From positions 29,636,001-29,700,000 of the forward strand of contig OZ004610.1 in NCBI GenBank assembly GCA_963924565.1: 64,000 nt of DNA. Direction: 5' to 3'. Position 1 is the first letter of the stretch, and the number at the start of each line of letters is the position of its first letter. The DNA comes from Ascidiella aspersa. Taxonomy: Eukaryota. Position numbers and translations under genes: made by a program. Below are positions 1-9,400 of this stretch, piece after piece. A model generated the notes under the pieces. It had not been told where the DNA came from, ran no database searches, and saw only the letters and a list, made by a program, of their open reading frames with translations.

Positions 1-829
1 GTAGGTGCCACGATTTTGTGGTCGTTTCCTTTTGTTTCCCCGCTTAGCTCAACCCCCTGGGTGGCCGTTGCTTAGTTTGCACAGGGAAGGCATTAAACCC
101 GATCGCCCGTTTAACGCCGTTCGCTTTATTTGCCGTGGACTTAACGTTTATTTGCCAATCAGAGGCCGTACAGTAAACTGGCCCTAAAATCTAAGCCGTG
201 TTTTGTACACACACACATTGTCTAGGCCGGATCTGTTGGCTAATTCCCATCAGCGGCCGGCCCACTTTTCAAGCCTACTTTGCATACCTTCTTTGGGAGG
301 GGGCGGAGCAGTAACAAATTAACAGTGTTGTCTTCAAACTTGTTCTCATAGGCTTAACGCGATGGGCGGTAATTAAGGTGGACACGACAGTCTATTGTGC
401 TTTGTGGCCGTGTTTTAACCGGACCCAACAACGCACAAACCTACTAGAATAACATAAAGCTGCGGCAAGACATTACGGGACGCATCTGCTCGATAATATA
501 TTTAACCCTCAGACCGCGAGAGGCTTTCAACTAATTCCCTCGGGACTTTGCTTTGTACGTAGATCGATTCCCCCGAAACCTATAACGCTTGTAGAGAAGG
601 CGTGCAATGATTAATATTTAAAGGGCGCTCTTGATGGCCTGTTATTGCGTTGTTTTGAATTGCATCAAGCAACATTTGTTTTCGTTTGTTGTCTTTAAAA
701 CCCTAAAAAAAGCGCCCATATGGCGACCCTGTTGCGTATCGGTAATCGTGATTAAACATATCCAACGTACCATAAAAAATGATTAACACACGCATGCAAT
801 AAAAGACAACACACAAAATGTCATACAAC

Positions 830-886
830 CCGGGCGGCGGAGTCGGTTAAAAATAACCCGAGTCCGACTCCGACACCGCAGCCCTG
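830..886. mobile_element. Collapsed MITE relic with GGAGTC/GACTCC subterminal repeats
   Basis: Imperfect inverted termini ccgggcggcggagtcgg ... ccgactccgacaccgcagccctg. Confidence 0.45.
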
Positions 887-1551
887 CACACAAGCATGCT
901 TTTTACGTTTTATTCATTTTAATATTGAATTTTATATGAACAGAGGCCGCTTGGATCCTGTTTATATTCATTTTGATTTTTACGATTTTTATTTAAAGTT
1001 AAACAATAGCATCCGGTATCCCATTTTCTTTTCATTTTTAGCCTATTTTTACGGTTGTGATTTAACAGTGACGCGAACAGATGAAAAATAGGGAAAATGA
1101 GGTTACCTTAAAATTGGCCACAATGTGGTCTTGCAAATGGCCTTGATGTTTATAAAAAGGTATCCAATGACGTCTATCGAATTCCCCTAGGGCCACACTG
1201 GAGTCTAATTACGGTAAAAGTGATGTGGTTCCTTGTTTTCAAACGGCAAGGGCATTTTGCCGCTTTCCAAATATACACACAGCACTCAACACTCGTCCCA
1301 AGGCCACCGGTAATTATAAACACTCCGTCCCTTGTGGGATTTTTGTTATTTAATATGCTATGAATGGTATACGAGCGTTGATGATAGACCCGCAAAAGCA
1401 TGAAGCGTAATGACAAAATGTGCTAAAAAAGCTGAGATGATTTAATCCACTAAAAGCATTGTATCGTTCATTGTTTAAATTAAAACCGCGTGGGTATTTT
1501 TAAATTGATTCAGTAATATCTGAGCGATCAAGGTGATGTTTTGATGGCCTT

Positions 1552-1982
1552 TAGGGATGTCCGATAAAATGGGATTGGAGCCGATAACGAAGGTAAAGGA
1601 AAGTATCGGTACTCCTACGATACGAGAAAAAAGATTGAAGCTTATACCTTAAGTCCTCGTTCGATTTCTATGTCGGTATAGTCGTTAATTTTTTGGTATC
1701 GATGCCCAAATTTATTAAAGTATTTTAGCCATGGTTTGCGATCTTACTGAGCATTTTACACTTACGGGAGTCGTTTTTTTAGAAGATAGCGTATTAACAA
1801 TAAAAGTAACTCGGTTTCAAAGCAATAACGCGGGGCTTATAACCCGGAAACACATTTGCGCATTTAAGAAAACATTTTGCTTTATTTGACTTTAACAATG
1901 ACGTCATTTTAAATAGAATCGGCGGCACTTTACGCCTACATTATCGGGATCGGAATAGAATATGTGGTCTCGGACACCCCTA
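1552..1982. mobile_element. hAT-like MITE (TAGGGATG termini)
   Basis: TIRs TAGGGATGTCCGA / TCGGACACCCCTA, internal CCGAT/ATCGG repeats, and 8-bp flanks atggcctt / ttggactt (6/8 match). Confidence 0.6.
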
Positions 1983-2778
1983 TTGGACTTGCAACGAATC
2001 TCGAAACTGCAATGCGGTTAGACATGATTGCACTGCTATATGAGACGTAAAAGCAATGTTTTTGCGACCAGGGCCACTCAGTAGCCCACAGCCACATAAA
2101 GAGAAGCAGTAGCAGCATCAGCCATGATGATTTTACCTGGAAGGAGCCCATGTAGCGTCGGCGCCCTGGCAGTGCCCAGCGATCGCGCTGCTCCCAAAAG
2201 CGAACGTTCTGCGGTCGGTTTCAAGTAGGAGAAGGTCGATTAAAAAGGTTGTACAAATAAGACAGGCAACTCGTTAATTAGTTTTAATTAATCAGTAGAC
2301 AAACACGCCACCACTCTTTGGCGACGACGCACGCGCAAGCATGCTGGGAAAACGAGCTGAGTCGGCTTTCCAGTAATTTTTTTCGTTGTCAACACTTGAC
2401 ACTTGACCTCTCGTCGTTTATGCTGCAATGTCGGGCATGCGTCTGCCCTGTTTGCAGACTATAGTTGCACGCAAATAACATGTTTGAAGTGTTTTTTGGT
2501 TGTTTGTTATTTGCACCTTGTGTTTGGCAGTGTGGTTCTTAAGCAAATAGGAACGCATAACACGAAAAAGCTTCTCTCTTTATTTAAAGTTGGACTTTGC
2601 TAGTTTTAATATTTTGAACTGAAACCTATTATATTTCATTTGTATCTATGTCTGTTAATTCTGTCTGTCTGTTTGCTTTATATAACTATACCCTATTAAA
2701 TGTGATCTGTCACTATCCCTGTCAATTTATCTCAAAGCTTATCCAGAGTAATCCAGGTAAATTTTTCTTACAAACTTT

Positions 2779-2784
2779 TTTATT
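2779..2784 (-). terminator. Candidate polyadenylation signal AATAAA for the prohormone mRNA
   Basis: AATAAA on the minus strand ~670 nt after the stop codon; another lies at 2579-2584. The sequence does not show which is used. Confidence 0.3.
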
Positions 2785-3451
2785 TTGCTTTTGTTTTTTC
2801 GTGCCTTGCGCGTTTAAATAGTACAAAAAAGCGGCGGAATGCAAGTGGAAAAAATAGACGCTCTATTAAATTATGTTTCGGCGGGCGAATGAGCAGTATA
2901 GTTGCATATTGCGCGCCGCTAGTGGCCGAAACGACGCCGGGAATAATAAGAATCGTAGCAATAATAATAAGGGCTGTGGAATATCACAAACGTAATACCA
3001 ACAAACAGCAGATACAAGCAAGAACAGACGGTGGAATAATAAATACATGACGTAGCGAAACACAGTAGTGCGCGAATGGGACATGGTTGACAATGTAGGA
3101 AAAAAATAAATAGGAAATACGTTAGAATATTCTTATCTACACACACACACTCACACGCATACAAGTTTTCACCGGGCGATTTGCAAAGCGCCGGTTTAAA
3201 CACACGCACACACCTGGATATATGTGGATGTATATATATTTATATGGAATAAGGTGTAGAAAAGGTTGGTCACAGTTAACGGCGAACTTCGGCGGCAGTT
3301 TTTTTTTTCGACATTTTTTTCGTCGAGTTTGTTTTTATCGAGTCGGGAAACTCTCCTTTCCCGAATTTTTTCTCTCTCGCTCTCTCTACGGCCCCTTGGC
3401 GCCACGAACTCTCTCGTCTGGCCTTATACTGGGGTCGGATTGCTCTTTTGT

Positions 3452-3622
3452 TTACTCCTTAGCGGCGAGGCGGTCTCTCTTTTTCGCCATTTTCTTCAAG
3501 ATCTTTGCTTTCTTTTTCTCAGCAGCATTCGCAAGAATCTTCGCAAGCCTTTTCTGGATTTCAACATGCCCTGTTGAATAAACGCTCAAGGTTTGGGTTG
3601 GGTCTCGCGCTTTTTTGCCTAG
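3452..3622 (-). CDS. Prohormone terminal coding exon: amidation signal GKK and a second basic helical peptide
   Basis: Acceptor aaatatatag (3623-3624, weak pyrimidine tract) keeps phase 0 and gives LGKK-ARDPTQTLSVYSTGHVEIQKRLAKILANAAEKKKAKILKKMA-KKR-DRLAAKE*, stop 3452-3454. An alternative acceptor at 3571-3573 gives a different frame. Confidence 0.6.
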   Translation of the reverse strand, partial: LGKKARDPTQTLSVYSTGHVEIQKRLAKILANAAEKKKAKILKKMAKKRDRLAAKE

Positions 3623-5297
3623 CTATATATTTGTGTGTGTTCTTTACCAACGGCGCTTTATTTTTTATTTAAAACGAGTTTAACCAAAAAACTTGAAAAA
3701 AAAATGTTTTTAGGTTTTATCTTACTTTTTATATTAGAGCTTTTTGTTAAATTGCTCATAAAATTTACTTTACAGAAAAATACTATTTAAAAAAAGTCAC
3801 ATTTATTATAGAAAATGAGTGGTCACTCATATGAAACTTCGATTTTGAACTCGGCATCGTTTGTCGATGAATGTCATTGATTTTCGTGTGTTTTTTTTAC
3901 CCCAAAGAGACCTTCGTACCATTAATGTTTTTTACCCAAAAATTTGTTTTGAAAAAAATGTATGAAAACGCGCAGTGATTTTATGCGATGAATGGCTGTC
4001 ATTGTGCGGCGGTATACGAGGTGTGACGAGCGGTGGGCGATTTACAATGTTACACAGGCGCCATTGTCAGTCGGCAAAACGATTCGTTACGGGAACGTAT
4101 TTGTCGACCGCGTGTTTATTTTCGTTTATGCGATGGGCCGTAAGCGGCTCAGCGGGGGAATTCCCTAACTAGGTAGGCGCGACGAGACCCGGTTTTGAAC
4201 GGTGAGCGTTTATTCAACTTTTTTTTACAGGTACAACTTTTTTAAGCTAAGACTCGAAATCACCTCCAAGCTGTTTTTGGTTAGTCACAGTAACTGGTGC
4301 TAACGGCTACCGGTAAATAGTAAGATAGAGAGAAGCTTTTTCGCCCTGCAGTGACGACACAATTGGCTTTCTGTCCAATAAATTGTGCTTCTTACGTCAC
4401 GCGCGTGCGTTCGTGTTTTTTCGTGCAAGAATATCAATGCGCACAACGGTACGCGACAAGTGTTACACACTGTTATTATATAGTTAAACGGTTGTCAGTG
4501 TCCAGATATACCGTGCGTCGGTATATTTGGGAATTGTGTGTGCGCGTTGCTATATTGCGTTGTCGCAAAATAAACACACACTCAAAGTGGTGGGTTGTTA
4601 CTTTAAAAGTGTTATGACACACATAACACAATCGATGCGAGTTCGCGATCGAAGTTGCAAAGTTTTCACTTTGCATTTTGTTCAAGGGGTGTGACCACAT
4701 AAGCATAAAGCATACAAGTAACTCTAAATAGTGTGTGGGTGATGGGGCTTACCTTGACGGCGTAGGAGTCCGAGTTCAAGTCGGAAACGAGTCCGTTAAT
4801 GATCAGCATACGCTGTAGATCCTGGTGGTGGCGGGCCAGGGCTGAGTTGAGTGAAATCTCGGCGTGTCGCTTGCGAGCGTTGGTTCTGCGAAACGAGAAA
4901 GAAATTGAGGTTATTGGTGAGGACTCGTTGTCGATTCGCTTATACGATAAACTTATAATCGTTGTCCATTCGCGGAAGATCGCGCAATTCTAGCCCCCGG
5001 GAAAAGTCGCGAGCAGACGCCGCGGCTCCGTCCCCGAAACCGCCGTTATGACGTAACCGTAAGCAGGACGAGCTGACACGGTGCCGCCCCAGAACAATCG
5101 CGCCAGTGTTACGTCACAGTTAAAAGCGCGATAGTTTTACTGGTTGCTTACCTGGTGTGCGTTAGCCGGCTGATGATGTTCGGGTGCATTACCGAATCGT
5201 CGTTGTTTTGTGACGTAGGGCGCGCGTAACAAGCGACCGCCGCGTACACGACAACAAGGGCGAGTGAACGAATGATGATGCTCTTTGTGGATTGCAT
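3452..5297 (-). CDS. PTH/PTHrP-like peptide hormone precursor; spliced CDS join(5152..5297,4753..4885,3452..3622), 149 aa
   Basis: Manual splicing with GT-AG sites and consistent phases gives MQSTKSIIIRSLALVVVYAAVACYARPTSQNNDDSVMHPNIISRLTHTRTNARKR-HAEISLNSALARHHQDLQRMLIINGLVSDLNSDSYAVKL-GKK-ARDPTQTLSVYSTGHVEIQKRLAKILANAAEKKKAKILKKMA-KKR-DRLAAKE*. It has a signal peptide and basic cleavage sites, and aligns without gaps to PTHrP/PTH 1-34. The last-exon acceptor is the least certain part. Confidence 0.8.
4753..4885 (-). CDS. Prohormone coding exon 2: RKR site and PTH/PTHrP-like mature peptide
   Basis: Pyrimidine-rich acceptor tttctttctcgtttcgcag (4886-4888) and donor GTAAGC (4752). 133 nt open in the phase required by the upstream exon; encodes TNARKR-HAEISLNSALARHHQDLQRMLIINGLVSDLNSDSYAVK. 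Confidence 0.88.
5152..5297 (-). CDS. Prohormone coding exon 1: signal peptide and pro-region
   Basis: ATG at 5297 lies 3 nt after the acceptor cttttta-cag (5301-5303). Hydrophobic core LALVVVYAAVACYA. Donor GTAAGC at 5151. 146 nt, ends in phase 2. Confidence 0.85.
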
Positions 5298-5728
5298 TTT
5301 CTGTAAAAAGAATCAGTTTAAATTAAAAATACCGGACAAAATAGTTTAACATATAGGCTCTTCACAATTAAAATTGCGATTTTTTTTATTGAAACGCTTA
5401 AGTTCAGAAAGGGTTTAAATTTCCCTTTGCTCGTAAATCGTATTTTAATCCACTTTCACGGATCGGAGTCGGCGTTGCTTTGATGCGGGCCGATGCTTTA
5501 CCGTCGGGGCCGAGAGGCCATCGCCCGGCCACAATATTTACGGCTTTGATTCGTTTGAATTTCGACCGAAGGTAAATAAATAGTGGCCGGGGTTGACGGC
5601 GGACGAGGGAAATTAATCGCCGCTCGTTAAGTTCTTTTCTCGGTATATAGAGATCCGCAAGTATAGCGATGGGTTGGATCGCTTTTGCAAAAACTATAAG
5701 TTTTGTCGATGCATTTACGAATACTTAC

Positions 5729-6125
5729 GTTTTTTGCGATGGGTCTTTGGGTTCTTCTTTTTTCCTTTCTTTATTAGTCTTTGCGAAGTTGTGTCAGTTT
5801 TTCAGCAAGTTTTATTCGCTTATATATATAGTCGCTTTTATTTTCTGAAAAGGCAAAGCAAAACTTCGTTGGAGTGCATTGCAATAAAGACAATTGCTCG
5901 ATATTTCACACACTTGAAAACTGGTTTCCAAATGCTAAACTGCCCTCTTGCTATAAAAGCACAATAATTTCAAGCTGAGTTAAGCGCACTCTGTAAGTGC
6001 GAAATTTCGCGGAGTTTTGCAACTCACAATCCCGTCTCGCTGCATCGAATATTCCGGGTGCAGTAATCACCTTTTAAACTCCAATCGCTTTACGAGCCCT
6101 ACTCGGTGTCTCGCTGCTCCGGCTC
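5729..6125 (-). other. Putative non-coding first exon (5' UTR) of the prohormone gene
   Basis: Consensus donor GTAAGT at 5728-5723 and a TATA box about 30 nt upstream of ~6125. The 5' end is estimated from TATA spacing. SL trans-splicing at 5301 is an alternative explanation. Confidence 0.5.
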
Positions 6126-6149
6126 TGCTGTTTGACGAGCAGAGCCGCG

Positions 6150-6400
6150 CCCTTATATATCCCGAAAACTCTCGACGCCGCGAAAAAGGAAAAAAGGCGG
6201 CGTAAGAAAATTCTCGCCCGGCGCCCGTTTCGCTTCGGCGTAAAAACGAACCTTTCCTCAACGGGCCAAAAAAAGTCTTACGTCAGGCCCCGCGACGAGC
6301 GAGTTTTGGCGATTTTTTCTCTCGTTTTTGAGGCCGCTCGCTGATAACGCCAATCAAAAGTGCCCGGCGGCGATTTTGACTATCCCATCTTGGCGCAAGC
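6150..6400 (-). promoter_or_regulatory. Putative core/proximal promoter of the prohormone gene
   Basis: Minus-strand ATATATAAGG (6151-6160) in a CpG-rich patch, a CRE-like TTACGTCA (6278-6285), CCAAT near 6350 and E2F-like TTTCGCGG/TTGGCG motifs. Confidence 0.5.
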
Positions 6401-9400
6401 TTAGCAAAAACCCTTCCGCTCCTGTTGTGCGTAAGGGGCGTTTAAAATAGATAGCACCGAACTGCAACCGGTAAATCACTGCCATGTATCACTGACACAC
6501 ACAGGGCATTGTGGAGTGTAATCCCGATATTAATGCGTCTGACTCATATGTGCCGCCTTGCCTTTGACAGACGCTTATCCATGGGGGGCCTTTTACGCTA
6601 AATTAAATACCCGCCTTTGCTGAAACAGGAAAAGCTAACCCCCTACCCCTTTGCAGTCCCATTCTCATCAATGTGCCTAACTTGAAGACAATGTCGCTCT
6701 ATCAACTCGTTATGAGAAAGGGATGAAAGCAAGATATCGGAACTTAAAACTACCACCTAATCCCCAGCCACGACACTTTAGAATACTTCTTTGTCCTTTT
6801 TGCATCTTTAAGCAAGATAAAGTTGATGGTTTAATTTCTTTAAAAGCGTCCTTCAACAGTTTTATTTCAAATCTTTAACTTTCTCTTCCCTTGTCTTCCC
6901 TTTGCGAAGATACAGCGACTCATTTTTTGAGGGGGCATGGATATGATTTCCAAACCTCTTAGCGAAGAAAATACAAACACGATATTAAAAATCATCGCTT
7001 ACGTCGATTGCCAGGGCAAATGACAAGCCGAAAAGTTCTGATTGCACGAAACGTCCAAATCGCAGCGTATGGGCATCCGTGAGGATGGTCGCTGCCCTTT
7101 CGATACCCCTCAATTTGGCATGACGATCCACCCAACTAAAGCGCCTTTCTACGTGTCTAAGCACGTAGCGTAAAACCTCCTGTTTCCTGTGACTGGAAAA
7201 CTAATCGAATCACCTCAATCGGTCCCGGCGCCGTCAACGCCAAGGCGCCTGTAGGCGACGTTGGTGGTTTGGGAAAGCCGGGGACTTCAGCACTTATCCC
7301 GGATAGGTGGGTCAGCTTACTAAAACAAACGCGGTCTATGACGTCATAGACTCCATTGTAAGTTCATCATGACTGTTTTGGTTTGAAGTGCACATATTCA
7401 TAGACTGGGAAAGGGGGTGGTGGGTGTACTGATATCCATGGGAGAGCGTATATTTAGAATTTTGGACTTCTCCATCATTGAGCGCATAAGCAAAAGGGAG
7501 ATTCGAAAGACAAGGCATTAGTATTCCATTATGGAGATGTGTACACAACAAAAACAACGATGCGGCGCCTACAAATATAGCCACACACACACATATACAC
7601 GAGCCGACTACATCATCTCGAGACGCGCGGAATTCGCTCCGAACGCGTCGTGACGTAGTTTGCCGCGCTCCGAACAATGGCCAAGTCGGAAGTGCGAGAG
7701 GGCTCGTCGCCTATTTTAGGTCGTCGCTTTTACAGAAGCGCGCGTTTGTTTGTAAACGCAGCTTGTACACAGCCACATGGATTCGCACACGCTCGCCCCT
7801 TAACGCTTTAGTACAGAGTTTGAAACGGAGTGATTGCTGTTTCTTGATGACGTAGGTTGTCCTGGTCGCTTTTGAAGCCCGGTTTGGGAAACGTGTTTGC
7901 AAACTTGTAGTACACGACTGGCGAATAAGCACTCAAAAGGCGCGAGTTTCGATTAGGGCGTCTAGGGTTACGTGTAAAGCGCCTTGTCGCACGAGTCTGT
8001 CGCGTGTCGCACCGGTTTGTCCCCGCGTGCCGTACCTGGGCAACACGTTCGCGCTGTTTCCATGGTAGCTTTTGTTGAGCCCTGTTTGATGCCCGCACGC
8101 CGCACGGGTTAGCCAATTTTTTGGTGATTTGTATAGATAGACTGACAAAGTATGAGGTAACATAGGCGTTTTTCGGGGTGCAATATCTTCAACAGTAAAA
8201 CGTTCTTACAAAGGAATAATCGCAATTCGAGTGTTGGTTGATAAATTACTCCCATAAGTAAACACAAACAAAAAGGATGTCCAGTTAATAATGGTACATT
8301 GAGAATAGGTGCTATCAGAACAAATGTACCCAAGCCAGGGCCATTTAAAGGCAATTCACCAGGGGTGGATTCATTGGAGAGGAACGTGACGATCTCCAAC
8401 TTGGACGGAATAAACGGCCAGGAAAGCTGGAAAACCGCAATGTTTGGATTAGTCAGTCGTCGCCTCGAAATGCCCCCCCCCCTCCCCCTCCACACACACA
8501 CAGACGCAAGCGACAGACGAGATCAAACAGCAGGTGCACGAATAGATAGACTGACCCCAAACGGTTTTTATATAATTATTATACATTCGAGGCGCACACA
8601 AATTCAGTACGTGCACCTACACATTCAGGATCGGAAATGAGTTTGCATTGTCCGTGTTTCGTGGACCCAAATTTGATGAAAACACCCATAAAAATCTTGC
8701 TATCCAAGTTACATTTCACAACAAACCAACAAAATTTAAAGAAAACAAGAATTTTAAATCAAGGTCATAAGTCTCTTTTTGACTTCTTACGTTTTTAAAT
8801 GATTTTCCCTATATATCTGGTTGTCGGAGGACCAGTTTTCTTGTGGGAGGACCAGTTTTCTCTAGTCTCGCTTCTGGCACGTTTCTCCCATTTGTAAAAA
8901 CACGTCTGTTGTCAACACTGATCTGTTTAGGAAAATTCAAGTCTGACTCCATCGCCACCGTAAAAAAATCTCGTCACAAATGTCACACCTGTGAAATGGG
9001 TTAGACCCGGAGCTAGTCCGTGGAAGGCTAATTATCCACTTCTGGTAACCACTGGCGCGTGATAATTGCCGGGTTACTCTGGCGTGTTGCGTACGGTAGA
9101 AAGAACGAAAACAACATCTCCCGACCTCTTAAGATTCTGACATCCCTACGCTATGCGAACACCTAACGATCGTTCGTTTGCCAATAGCGAACGTGTGTTT
9201 TCGCGCGTGCTGTATACCAGAGTTACCTTCTCTTTTGCCGTCAATGGATTCGCTGAATGAGGAACTAATTTTTAATTTGCACGCAACTGGTATACGTGAC
9301 CGAAATGACACGAGCGCCAATGAGGTATACACAGCTGGGATTTTTTCTTGGCAATTTTTGTTGAAACTTTGTCGTTGTTTTGCGCCTGACGTCGGTCGCT

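Noticed and set aside
2780-3450. AU-rich elements in the hormone 3' UTR, as in PTHrP mRNA
   Set aside because: Only about four dispersed ATTTA pentamers in AT-rich sequence; not distinguishable from background.
3222-3581. Plus-strand ORFs 3222..3581 and 3266..3577
   Set aside because: These are Phe/Ser-rich antisense shadows of the Lys-rich terminal exon and 3' UTR of the minus-strand hormone gene.
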